Below, piece by piece: positions 13,515 through 28,040 of a stretch of 64,000 nucleotides of DNA. Source of the stretch: Octopus vulgaris (lineage: Eukaryota); the NCBI GenBank assembly GCA_951406725.2, contig OX597829.1, positions 58,696,711 to 58,760,710 on the forward strand. Reading direction: 5' to 3'. A program made the translations under genes and the position numbers. The notes under the pieces are model-generated. The model searched no databases and had not been told where the DNA came from. It saw only the letters and a program-made list of their open reading frames with translations. Every line of letters starts with the position of its first letter. Positions within the stretch are counted from its first letter, which is position 1.

Positions 13515-14082
13515 TTTTAAAAGGTTAAAAAATATATATTTGAGTCATTATGTCTGAAGAATGTTATAAACTTTTTTCATACAATGACATAGTTTTTGAA
13601 GAAATGACCGGTTTCACGTTCAGCTTTACAAATTCCTTACATCGTTATGTTTACATTGAGAAGTGTGAAGGAGAGTTCCAGATAAGGGGAGGTAATAAAT
13701 GATTTCTTCCGGTGTAAGGGAGATAATCGCTTAATATTTCTTGCCTTTTTTTGGGAGTGAGTTTCTCTGGATAAGAATGTTGGAATGGTTAACTTAACCA
13801 TTCCAGCATTCTTATCCAGAGAAACTCACTCCCAAAAAAAAGGCAAGACATATTAAGCGATTATATCCCTTACACCGGAATAAATCCCTTATTACCTACC
13901 CTTATCTGGAACTCTCCATCACTCTCCTTCACACTTCTCAACGTGAACATAACGATGTAAGAAATTTGAAAAGCTGAACGCGAAACCGGTCATTTCTTCA
14001 AAAACTATGTCATTGTATGAAAAAAATTTATAACATTCCTCAGACATAATGACTCAAATATATATTTTTTAACCTTTTAAAA
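13515..14082. mobile_element. ~570-bp near-perfect palindrome, probable Penelope-like inverted pseudo-LTR remnant
   Basis: Arms 13515-13792 and 13794-14082 are reverse complements around ggttaa-c-ttaacc; each arm carries a degenerate hammerhead-like motif ending gaaaccggtc. Confidence 0.7.
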
Positions 14083-14126
14083 AAAGAAAAAAGAAGGAAA
14101 AAAGGGGAGATAAAAAGATGTTTTAC

Positions 14127-14359
14127 CTTTGGTAACTGGGTGGTGAGCCAGGCAGGGTTTGGGTGGAACGTATCTGCAAAGCTGACCCCTGGAGAGATTC
14201 TCCACTTGTTTGGATGGACCTGACGATTAAAAAAGCTTCCTGCTTCAGTTGACTAATGTGTGTTTTGCATATGTCACATCGGTCACTCTGGGAATAGACA
14301 CGTCGGAGATTCTCTGCAACCTGGAGACCCTCTTCTATCCGTGCTGGAAGACCATGGAA
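14127..14359 (-). CDS. KIF26: Internal coding exon (233 nt, phase 0 to phase 2) of a KIF26A/KIF26B-like kinesin-11, N-terminal pre-motor region
   Basis: Acceptor tcttatttttatgtctttcAG and donor AAG/GTaaaa on the minus strand; non-repetitive open frame FHGLPARIEEGLQVAENLRRVYSQSDRCDICKTHISQLKQEAFLIVRSIQ...SPPSYQ. It matches the vertebrate KIF26B segment [36 protein letters not shown] (recalled from memory, not searched). Confidence 0.85.
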
Positions 14360-14382
14360 CTGAAAGACATAAAAATAAGACA

Positions 14383-14689
14383 TCTTTATATATAAAATTT
14401 AAGTTGTGTGTGTGAGACTCTGTCTCCTCCGATTTAGATTCCTAACTATTCCCACATTTTGCGATGCAGTTTAACCAAAAGCGGGTATCTTATAGTTGTC
14501 ATTCATATCGAGCCCTTCTGGGTATTAGCGCGCGTCTATGATGAGTCTACGATTAAAAAAAATTTACCAGCATTTTTCAGCATTTTCAATGATTTTTGCT
14601 CGGGTTATATTTTTTGGCTATAACTCTCTGAAAATGCTTATCTAGTCATTTCCCTTACAAACCCGAGCAACGCTGGGCGATACTGCAAG
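14383..14689 (+). mobile_element. Non-autonomous Helitron family 3 (~307 bp)
   Basis: A|TCTTTATATATAAAA start; 3' hairpin cccgagcaacgctggg then atactgCAAG|T (variant of CTAG); the same body recurs at 37461-38057. Confidence 0.75.
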
Positions 14690-14799
14690 TATATACTAAT
14701 ACAAATAAAACCTGGGGTCGATATAATCGACTTACTCCGTTTGTATGTCCTTGTTTGTCCTCTCTGTGTTTAGCCCCCTTGTGGGTAGTAAAGAAATAG

Positions 14800-14834
14800 T
14801 TACTATTATTATTTTGTTGCTGTTATTATTATTA

Positions 14835-14871
<37 letters not shown>

Positions 14872-14879
14872 CATTATTT

Positions 14880-14910
<31 letters not shown>

Positions 14911-15107
14911 TAATAATAAAAATAATAATAATAATACTAATAATAGTAATAGTAATAGTAATAATAGTAATAATAATAATGATGATAATAATAATAATAA
15001 TAGTAATAATGATGATGATAATAATAATAATAATAGTAATAATGATGATGATGATAATAATAATAATAATAATGATGATGATGATGATGATGATGATTAT
15101 GATGGTA

Positions 15108-15147
<40 letters not shown>

Positions 15148-15185
15148 TGATGATAATAATAATAATAATAATAATAATAACGATA

Positions 15186-15260
<75 letters not shown>

Positions 15261-15340
15261 GTAATAATAATAATAATGATAATAATAATAGTAATAATAA
15301 TAATAATAATAATAGTAATAATAATAATAATAATAATGAC

Positions 15341-15371
<31 letters not shown>

Positions 15372-15398
15372 GTAATAATAATAAAAATAATAATAATG

Positions 15399-15432
<34 letters not shown>

Positions 15433-15542
15433 TAATAATAATAGTAATAATAATAATAATAATAATAATGATAATAATAATAACAATAGTAATATTAATA
15501 GTAATAATAATAAAAATAATAATAATGATAATAATAATAATA

Positions 15543-15573
<31 letters not shown>

Positions 15574-15653
15574 TGATAATAATAATAATATTAATAATGA
15601 TAATAATAATAATGATAATAATAATAATGATAATAATAATAATATTAATAATG

Positions 15654-15687
<34 letters not shown>

Positions 15688-15758
15688 TAATAATAATAAC
15701 AATAATAATAATAAAAATAATAATAATAATAATGATAATAATAATAATATTAATAATG

Positions 15759-15790
<32 letters not shown>
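14800..15790. repeat. (ATT)n then ~900-bp (AAT)n-rich microsatellite
   Basis: Directly visible. Confidence 0.95.
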
Positions 15791-15933
15791 TTTTTAAAAT
15801 AATTTTTTTAAATGAACGAACTATTGAGTTTGGTTTAATGGCCTACCAATGTATACTAGGAGTTTCTTTACCCTAGGAGTCGGGAAGACACTCGGCAAGA
15901 AATGGAAGCAAATTTGAAAGAAGAAATAAAAAA

Positions 15934-15980
<47 letters not shown>

Positions 15981-15984
15981 TAAT

Positions 15985-16142
15985 AATAATGAAATTATTT
16001 TATACAGTGCTCAAAAAGTGCGTATAACGAAAATGCAGTTAAGGTACAAATGTCTGGGAAGCGAACGGTGTATGACGATGAGTCAGATACATGCTTGCTT
16101 GTGTACTGAGGGAGGAAAATCAGGTGTAGTGGTGGCGTATCT
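15985..16142 (-). mobile_element. 3' UTR fragment of the CR1-group LINE seen at 61648-62630
   Basis: aatgaaattattttatacagtgctca...tacaaatgtctgggaag...aaaatcaggtgtagtg matches 61945-62110. Confidence 0.7.
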
Positions 16143-16326
16143 TTCATTCTTTCTCTCTCGCTCTCTCTTTCTATCTTTCTTTCTTACTTTCTCTCTCTCT
16201 CTCCGTCTTTCTTTCGTTCTTTCTCTCTCTTTCTTTCCTTTTCACTCTTTCTTCTTCTCCTCTCTACCTTTCTTTCTTACTCTCTGTCTATCTCTCCCTT
16301 GCTTTCTGTTTCTCTCTCTCATTCTT

Positions 16327-16363
<37 letters not shown>

Positions 16364-18235
16364 CTCTCACTTTCTTTCTTTCATTCTTTCTCTCTCTCTA
16401 TTTCTTTCTTTCTCTCTCCTTCTTTCGTTCTTTCTCTCTCTGTTTTTTCTCCCTTTCTTTCTTTCTTTCTTTCTCTCTCTCTTTTTCTTTCTCTATTTCT
16501 TTCGTTCTTTCTCTCTCTTTCTTTCTCTCTCTCTCTCTTTCCTTCGTTCTTTCTTACTCTCTCTCTCACTTTTTCTTTCTTTCTTTCTCTCCCTCTCTCT
16601 TTCTTTCTTTCTTTCTCTCCCTCTCTCTTTCTTTCGTTCTTTCTTTCTCTCCCTCTCTCTCTCTTTCTTTCTTTCTCTGTCTCCTTCTTTCGTTCTTTCT
16701 TTGTTTCTCTCCCTCTCTCTCTCTTTCTTTCTCTCCCTCTCTCTTTCTTCCGTTCTTTCTTTCTTTCTTTCTCTCCCTCTCTTTATTTCTCTCTCTCTTT
16801 CTTTCTTTCTCTCTTAATTTCCTTTCTGCATTCTACACCTAACTTAACATTCACTTCAAAATTGCACCCCGCCCACCCCCACCGCCCATAAAGAATAATT
16901 TGCTAAGCAGAGGGAACACCACCACCACCACCACCACCACCACAACCACCACCACAACCACCACCACCACCACCACTACCACCACCACCACCACCACCAC
17001 CACCACCACCACCACCACCACCACCACCACCACCACCACCACCACCACCACCACCACCCGCCTCTTCCTATTCCTGATAATCATTCAATCAAGTGACAGT
17101 TAATGCTTGTTTACTTAAGATAAGAAAAAAATCCGGTTAAAAGCATCGCAACGTGATAAAAGCTATGTTGTGACTTGTACCCTGTGGATTCTTCTAAGGC
17201 AACACTTTAGAATGAGAAGAATATATAATATTATATATATTGTGTATAATGGGGGAGAGAGAAAGAAGGAGGGACAGAAAGAGAGAGAGAGAAAGAATGA
17301 GAGAGGGAGAAAGAAAGAGAGAGAGAGAGAGAGAATGAGATAGGGAGAGAGAGAAAGAAAGAGGGAAAGATAGAGAGAGAGAAAGAATGAGAGAGGGAGA
17401 AAGAATGAGAGAGGGAGAAAGAAAGAGGGAGAGAGAGAGAGGGGAGAAAGAAGGAGGGAAAGAAAGAGAGAGAGAAAGGATGGGAGAGGGAGAAAGAAAG
17501 AAGGAGGGACAGAAAGAGAGAGAGAAAGAATGAGAGAGGGAGAGAGAGAGAGAAAGAAAGAGTTAGAAAGAGAGAGAAAGAAAGAAAGAGAGAGAGAAAG
17601 AGAGAGAGAAAGAAAGAGAGAGAGAAAGAAAGAAAGAGAGAGAGAGAAAGAGAGAGAGAAAGAAAGAGAGAGAGAGAAATAAAGAAAGAAAGAAAGGAAG
17701 AGAGAAGTAAAGAACGAGAGAAAGAAAAACAGAAAGAGAGAAAGAAAGAGGGAAAGAAAGAGAGAGAGAAAGAATGAGAGCGGGAGAAAGAAAGAAGAAA
17801 GAGAGAAAGAAAGAAAGAGAGAGAGAATGAATGAGAGAGGGAGAAAGAAAGAAGAAAGAGAGAAAGAAAGAAAGAGAGAGAGAAAGAAAGAAGAAAGAGA
17901 GAAAGAAAGAAAGAGAGAGAGAAAGAAAGAAGAAAGAGAGAGAGAGAGAAAGAAAAACAGAAAGAAAGAAAGAAAAAGAAAAAAGAGAGAGAAAGAAAGA
18001 AAGAGAGAAAGGAAGAGAGAGGTAAAGAACGAGAGAAAGAAAAACAGAAAGAGAGAAAGAAAGAGGGAAAGAAAGAGAAAGAAAGAAAGAGAGAGAAAGA
18101 AAAAAGAGAAAGGAAATAAGAGACAGAAAGAAAGGAAGGAAGAAAGAAAGAGTGAGAAAGAAATAGAGAGAGAAAGAAAGAGAGAGAGAAAGAGAGAAAG
18201 AAAGAAAGAGAGAGAGAAAGGGAGAAAGAAAGAAA
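16141..18235. repeat. Polypyrimidine (CT/CTTT) tract 16141-16815, (ACC)n 16917-17058, polypurine (GA/GAAA) tract 17251-18235
   Basis: Directly visible. Confidence 0.95.
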
Positions 18236-18299
18236 TATATAAAATTAATGTAAGGGGATTGTTTGCTTCAGACTCTCCCCCCCGAAAAAGGGCAAATGG

Positions 18300-18390
18300 A
18301 GACACAGACACACACAAACACACACACACAGAGAAATACACTCACACACACACACACACAAACACACACACAAACACTCACACACACACA

Positions 18391-18427
<37 letters not shown>

Positions 18428-18434
18428 TCACACT

Positions 18435-18465
<31 letters not shown>

Positions 18466-18476
18466 AGACACACACA

Positions 18477-18526
<50 letters not shown>

Positions 18527-18593
18527 TACATACATACACACACACACAAACACAGACACACACACAAACACACACACAGAGAAATACACTCAT

Positions 18594-18624
<31 letters not shown>

Positions 18625-18628
18625 AAAG

Positions 18629-18673
<45 letters not shown>

Positions 18674-18874
18674 AACACTCACACACACACACAAACACAC
18701 ACACACACACAAACACACACTCACACACTCACACAAATACATTCACTCACACAAACACACACACACTCACACACACAAACACACACACACACAAACACAC
18801 GCACACAAACACTCACACACAACACACACACACACACACACAAACACACAGACACACACACATACACAAACACA

Positions 18875-18921
<47 letters not shown>

Positions 18922-19315
18922 ACACACACACACACACAGAGAAATACACTCATACACACACACACACACAAACACACACTCACACAAATACATTCACACA
19001 CTCACTCACACAAACACACACACACACACACACACACACGAACATAAACACACAGAGACAAACACACACACACACACTCACACACACACACAGACAAACA
19101 CAATCACATGCACAAACACACTCACACACACACACACACACAAACAAACACACACAAAGACAGACACACACACATACACACACACACACACTATCTCTCT
19201 CACACACACACAAACACACACACAGACACACACACACATAAATACACACATACACACACACACACTCACACACAAACACACACACACAAACACACACTCA
19301 CTCACTCACACAAAC

Positions 19316-19347
<32 letters not shown>

Positions 19348-19537
19348 GAACATAAACACACAGAGACAAACACACACACACACACACAGACAAACACAAT
19401 CACATGCACACACACACTCACACACAAACACACACAAAGACAGACACACACACACACAAACACACACACACACTATCTCTCTCTCACACACACCCTCTCT
19501 CTCTCTCTCTCACACACACAAACACACACTCACACAG

Positions 19538-19597
<60 letters not shown>

Positions 19598-19618
19598 GTA
19601 CACTCATACACACACACA

Positions 19619-19658
<40 letters not shown>

Positions 19659-19687
19659 ACACTCATACACACACACACACTCACACA

Positions 19688-19730
<43 letters not shown>

Positions 19731-19760
19731 AAATACATTCACACACTCACTCACACAAAC

Positions 19761-19792
<32 letters not shown>

Positions 19793-19929
19793 GAACATAA
19801 ACACACAGACAAACACACACACACACAGACAAACACAATCACATGCACACACACACTCACACACACACACACACACAAACAAACACACACAAAGACAGAC
19901 ACACACACTATCTCTCTCTCACACACACC

Positions 19930-19960
<31 letters not shown>

Positions 19961-20165
19961 TCACACACAAACACACACAAACACACTCACACAAATACAT
20001 TCACACACTCACTCACACAAACACACACACACTCACACACACACGCACACACACACACACACAAACACACACAGATAGACACAAACACACACACACACAG
20101 AGAAATACACTCATACACACACACACACACAAACACACACTCACACAAATACATTCACACACTCA

Positions 20166-20202
<37 letters not shown>

Positions 20203-20275
20203 ACATAAACACACAGAGACAAACACACACACACACACTCACACACACACACAGACAAACACAATCACATGCACA

Positions 20276-20306
<31 letters not shown>

Positions 20307-20477
20307 AACACACACAAAGACAGACACACACACATACAAACACACACACACACTATCTCTCTCACACACACACAAACACACACACAGACACACACACACA
20401 TAAATACACACATACACACACACACACTCACACACAAACACACACACACAAACACACACTCACTCACTCACACAAAC

Positions 20478-20509
<32 letters not shown>

Positions 20510-20694
20510 GAACATAAACACACAGAGACAAACACACACACACACACACAGACAAACACAATCACATGCACACACACACTCACACACAAACACACACAAA
20601 GACAGACACACACACACACAAACACACACACACACTATCTCTCTCTCACACACATCTCTCTCTCTCTCACACACACAAACACACACTCACACAG

Positions 20695-20735
<41 letters not shown>

Positions 20736-20777
20736 GACACACACACACACAGAAGTACACTCATACACACACACACT

Positions 20778-20809
<32 letters not shown>

Positions 20810-20918
20810 CACAGAAATACACTCATACACACACACACACTCACACACAAACACACACACACACACAACACACACACTCACACACTCACACAAATACATT
20901 CACACACTCACTCACACA

Positions 20919-20951
<33 letters not shown>

Positions 20952-20997
20952 GAACATAAACACACAGACAAACACACACACACACAGACAAACACAA

Positions 20998-21032
<35 letters not shown>

Positions 21033-21082
21033 AACACACACAAAGACAGACACACACACTATCTCTCTCTCACACACACACA

Positions 21083-21113
<31 letters not shown>

Positions 21114-21187
21114 TCACACACAAACACACACAAACACACTCACACAAATACATTCACACACTCACTCACACAAACACACACACACTC

Positions 21188-21219
<32 letters not shown>

Positions 21220-21350
21220 ACAGATAGACACAAACACACACACAAACAAACACACACACACTAACACACACACACTCACATACACACACACACAGACACA
21301 CACACACACACACAAACACATACACACAAAAATACACTCATACACACACC

Positions 21351-21390
<40 letters not shown>

Positions 21391-21785
21391 CAAAAACACA
21401 CACACATACACACTCACACACACAGAGACAAACACACACACAGAGAGACAGACACACACACACAGAAATAATCTCATACACACACACACTCACACACAAA
21501 CACACACAAACACAAATACACACTCACACACACACACACTCATACACAAACACACTCAAACACAAACACACACACACACACACACTCATACACAAACACA
21601 CACACACACAAACACACACAAACACACACACACACACACAAACAAACACACACAAAGACAGACACACACACAAAGACAGACACACACACAAAGACAGACA
21701 CACACACAAAGACAGACACACACACAAAGACAGACACACACACAAAGACAGACACACACACACACACACACACACACAGAGACAA
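18300..21785. repeat. 3.5-kb (CA)n-derived cryptically simple repeat with internal duplications
   Basis: CA-rich with recurring variant words (cagagaaatacactcatac, cgaacataaac, caatcacatgc, cactatctctct). Confidence 0.95.
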
Positions 21786-22025
21786 AAACTAAAAAACAAG
21801 AAACAAGAATTTGGGCAAGAAATACTGTTGAGATAAAAAGGTTTTGGGGTTCAAATTTCAAACAGAAAAAATCAATCGATCGATAGATCAATAATTGAGA
21901 ACTTTGTAGCCTTCATATATATGTCTATATATGTGTATATATGTGTATATATATATATATGTGTATATATATATATAAGTATATATATGTATATATATGT
22001 ATGTATATATATATGTATATGTATA

Positions 22026-23405
<1,380 letters not shown>

Positions 23406-23540
23406 CATATATATATATAGATGTATGTATGTATGTATGTATGTATGTATATATATATATGTTGAAACACTCCTGTCACAATCTGGGACTTTGAAGAATG
23501 CTTTAATGCCCAGAAAGTATACTAGTCCCTTAATATTAGC

Positions 23541-23678
<138 letters not shown>

Positions 23679-23699
23679 ATATATAAATATCTAAATATA

Positions 23700-24035
23700 G
23701 GCCAGTGCCGCGTCGACTGGCTTCTGTGCCGGTGGCACAAAAAAGCACCATCCGAATCGTGGCCAAAGCCAGTGCCGCCTTGGCTGGCTTCCGTGCGGGT
23801 GGCACGTAAAATGCACCAATCCGTCGGTGGCCATTGCCAGCCTCGCTTGGCACCTGTGCCGGTGGCACGTAAAAAGCACCCACTACACTCACGGAGTGGT
23901 TGGCGTTAGGAAGGGCATCCAGCTGTAGAAACACTGCCAGATCAGACTGGATCCTGAAGCAGCCTCCTGGCTTCCCAAATCTCAGTCAAACCGTCTAACC
24001 TTTGCTATCATGGAAAACGTACGTTAAACGATGAT
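23700..24035 (+). mobile_element. RTE LINE 3' terminal region
   Basis: gtgccggtggcacgtaaaaagcacc sub-repeats followed by the terminal module and GAT tail. Confidence 0.75.
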
Positions 24036-24036
24036 A

Positions 24037-24085
<49 letters not shown>

Positions 24086-24096
24086 CATACATATAT

Positions 24097-24837
24097 ACGA
24101 CGGGCTTCTATCAGTTTCCGTCTACCAAATCCACTCACAAGGCTTTGGTCAGCCCTGGGCTATAGTAGAAGACACTTGCCCAAGGTGCCACACGGTGGGA
24201 TTGAACCCAGAACCATGTGGTTGGTTAGCAAGCTACTTACCACACAGTCACGCCTACATATATATATATATATATACATATATACGACAGGCTTCTTTCA
24301 GTTTCCGTCTACCAAATCCACTCACAAGGCATGTTTTGGTTAGCAAGTCAGCGACCTGGGCTATAGTAGAAGACACTTGCCCAAGACGCCACGCAGTGGG
24401 ACTGAACCCGGAACCATGTGGTTGGTTAGCAAGCTACTTACCACACAGCCACGCCTAAGTCTATATACATATATACGACGGGCTTCTTTCAGTTTCCGTC
24501 TACCAAATCCACTCACAAGGCTTTGGTCGGCCCAAGGCTATAGAGTAGAAGACACTTGGCCTACTTAAGGTGCCACGCAGTGGGACTGAACCCGGAAGCA
24601 TGTGGTTGGTTAGCATGTGGTTGGCTACTTACCACACAGCCACTCCTGCGCCTATACATAAAATTAATTTAAAAATATAAAAGTGAAAAATTAAAAAATT
24701 ATTTATATAATTTAAACTTATAAATTTTAAATATATATATACAAATATATATATATATATGTATGTATATTTTTATATTTATATATTATTTTATTAATTA
24801 ATTAATTTATTTATATATAAATATCAAAAGTATTAAA

Positions 24838-24905
<68 letters not shown>

Positions 24906-25856
24906 TATATGTAGGTGCAGGAGTCGTTCTGTGGTAAGTAGCTTGCCAACCATCCACATGGTTCCGGGTTCAGTCCCACTGCGTGGCATCTTCGGCAAGC
25001 GTTTCTGTTATTGCCCCGGGCCGACCAAAGCCTGGTGAGTGGATTTGGTAGACGGAATCTGAAAGAAGCCCATCGTATTCATATATAGGTGTAGGAGTGG
25101 CTGTGTGGTAAGTAGCTTGCTAACCAACCACATGGTTCCGGGTTCAGTCCCACTGCGTGGCACCATGGGCACGTGTCTTCTGCTATAGCCTCGGGCCGAC
25201 CAAAGCCTTGTGAGTGGATTTGGTAGACGGAAACTGAAAGAAGCCCATCGTATATATATAGGCGCAGGAGTGGCTGTGTGGTAAGTAGCTTGCTAACCAA
25301 CCACATGGTTCCGGGTTCAGTCCCACTGCGTGTCATCTTGGGCAAGTGTTTCTGTTATAGCCCTGGGCCGACCAATGCCTTGTGAGTGGATTTGGTAGAC
25401 GGAAACTGAAAGAAGCCCATCGTACATATAGAGGCGCAGGAGTGGCTGTGTGGTAAGTAGCTTGCTTACCAACCACATGGTTCCGGGTTCAGTCCCACTG
25501 CGTGGCATCTTGGGCAAGTGTTTCTGTTATAGCCCTGGGCCGACCAATGCCTTGTGAGTGGATTTGTAGACGGAAACTGAAAGAAGCCTGTCGTATATAT
25601 GTATATATATATATATATATATGTGTATGTGTATGTTTGTGTGTCTGTGTTTGTCCCCCTAGCATTGCTTGACAACCGATGCTGGTGTGTTTATGTCCCC
25701 GTTACTTATGTCCCCGGTTCGGCAAAAGAGACCGATAGAATAAGTACTGGGCTTACAAAAGAATAAGTCCCGGGTTCGAGTTGCTCGATTAAAGGCGGTG
25801 CTCCAGCATGGCCACAGTCAAAATGACTGAAACAAGTGATAGAGTGAAAGAGTGAA

Positions 25857-25858
<2 letters not shown>
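24097..25858. mobile_element. SINE family A arrays: 24097-24655 (-) and 24912-25858 (+)
   Basis: Tandem heads; the last copy is complete with tail. Confidence 0.85.
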
Positions 25859-25899
<41 letters not shown>

Positions 25900-25902
<3 letters not shown>

Positions 25903-26365
25903 TTAAATCCTTAAAAATGTTTTAGCCTGAACGCCGCGGCCATGCTGGGGCACCAACGCTGAACGAGCTACACTAATTTGTGAATCCACCTCTGATACGT
26001 GGCACTTGATCAACAAGGGAGTTCGATGCTGCTGCCCGCATCTGTGTCTCCTGTCGTGAGGTAGGTTTATCTGGGACTCCCAACAAGAAGAGATCCAGTT
26101 TAGTTTTAAAGAAACCCACATCCACACCATGTAAGTCTCTCAGGCATTTAGGGAGGATGTTAAAGAGCTGTGGTCCTCTGAAACCCAAGCTGTTGCAGTA
26201 TCTGGACCTGTGTTTTGATGGTGATGTTGGAATCCTTGGCACCATGCAGTGGCGCCCTGTTCTGCGGTTGGAGTAACTTTGAATGCCAAAGTTTGGGACA
26301 AGACCCTCCAGGATTTTCCAGATGTATATCACCGCATATCTCTCCCGCCTCCGCTCTAGGGAGAA
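25900..26365 (-). mobile_element. 5'-truncated CR1/L2-group LINE: RT C-terminus plus 3' UTR
   Basis: ORF 25973-26332 YIWKILEGLVPNFGI...SLGFRGPQLFNILPKCLRDL...FKTKLDLFLLGVPDKP; tail ggtgccccagcatggccgc...(ttaagga)n. Confidence 0.85.
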
Positions 26366-26535
26366 GAAGTTTAATATATATATATATATATCATCATCGT
26401 CATTGTTTAACGTCCGTTTTCCGCGCTAGCACGGGTTGGACGGTTCGACTGGGGTCTGGGAAGCCAGGGGCAGCACCAGGCTCCAGTCTGATCTGGCAGT
26501 GTTTCTACGGATGGATGCCCTTCCTAATGCCAACC

Positions 26536-26567
<32 letters not shown>

Positions 26568-26910
26568 GAAGGCGCATGGCTCAGTGGTTAGAGCGTCGAG
26601 CTTACGATCGTGAGGTTGTGAGCTCAAATCCCGGACCGGGCTGCGTGTTGTGTTCTTGAGCAAAACACTTTATTTCACGCTGCTCCAGTTCACTCAGCTG
26701 TAGAAATGAGTTGCAACGTCACTGGTTCCAAGCTGTATCGACCTTTGTCTTTCCCTTGGATAACATCGGTGGCGTGGAGAGGAGGGTTGGTATGCATGGG
26801 CGACTGCTGGTCTTCCATAAACAACCTTGTCCGGACTTGTGTCTAGGAGGGTAACTTTCTAGGTGCAATCCCATGGTCATTCATGACCGAAGGGGGTCTT
26901 TACCCCTTTA
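26568..26910 (+). mobile_element. tRNA-derived SINE family D
   Basis: Head gaaggcgcatggctcagtggttagagcg...gagctcaaatccc, core gttgtgttcttgagcaaaacacttt...cactcagctgtagaaatgag, distinct tail; inserted in (TA)n. Confidence 0.75.
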
Positions 26911-27311
26911 TATATATTTAAGTAGGTGAAAGAATTATTCTATGTTTATCGTCAGCATGGAAAATTTCTTTAACCGAAACCTGGGTAGCAAATTCACGTC
27001 CGAAAACACGGTTGAAGCGACATGTCAAGGGTAGAAACTCCATTCCTTCGGAATAAAAATATGCTGTCTTCGAAACATATGTCGAGAGTAAAAGAATTTG
27101 TTAACATCTTGTTCGACTACATTCTTTCATTCAAAAAGCACCCACTACACTCTTGGAGTGGTTGGCGTTAGGAAGGGCATCCAGCTGTAGAAACACTGCC
27201 AGATCAGACTGGAGCCTGGTGCAGCCTTCCGGCTTCACAGACCCCACTTGAACCGTCCAACCCATGCTAGCATGGAAAGCGGATGCTAAATGATGGTGAT
27301 GATGATGATGG

Positions 27312-27765
27312 AATTTTGGGCAAGTGACTTCTGCTATAGCCCCGGGTCGACCAATGCCTTGTGAGTGGATTTGGTAGACGGAAACTGAAAGAAGCCTGTC
27401 GTATATATATATGTATATATATATATATATATATGTATGTGTTTGTGTGTTTGTGTGTCTGTGTTTGTCCCCCTAGCATTGCTTGACAACCAATGCTGGT
27501 TGGTTTACGTCCCCGTCACTTAGCGGTTCGGCAAAAGAGACCGATAGAATCAGTACTGGGCTTACAAAGAATAAGTCCCGGGGTCGATTTGCTCAACTAA
27601 AGGCGGTGCACCAGCATGGCCGCAGTCAAATGCCTGAAACAAGTAAAAGAGTATATATATATATATATATATATATATCTATACACAAATATAAGAGGGT
27701 GACCACTATATTGTCGACTCTTGTGCTAAAAATAGATCCGCTATGGTATTAGACACTATATATAC

Positions 27766-27798
<33 letters not shown>

Positions 27799-27967
27799 CA
27801 TATAATACATATATACGACGGGCTCTCTCAGTTTCCATGTACCAAATCCACTCACAAGGCTTCTGGTCGGCCCGAGGCTATAGTAGAAGACACTTGCCCA
27901 AGATGCCACACAGTGGGACTGAACCCGGAACCATAAGCAAGCTACTTACAACACAGCCACTCCTGCG

Positions 27968-28040
<73 letters not shown>

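Noticed and set aside
26568-26640. tRNA genes (also 33224-33295 and 41383-41455)
   Set aside because: tRNA-like heads continue directly into SINE bodies; no convincing acceptor stem or terminator.
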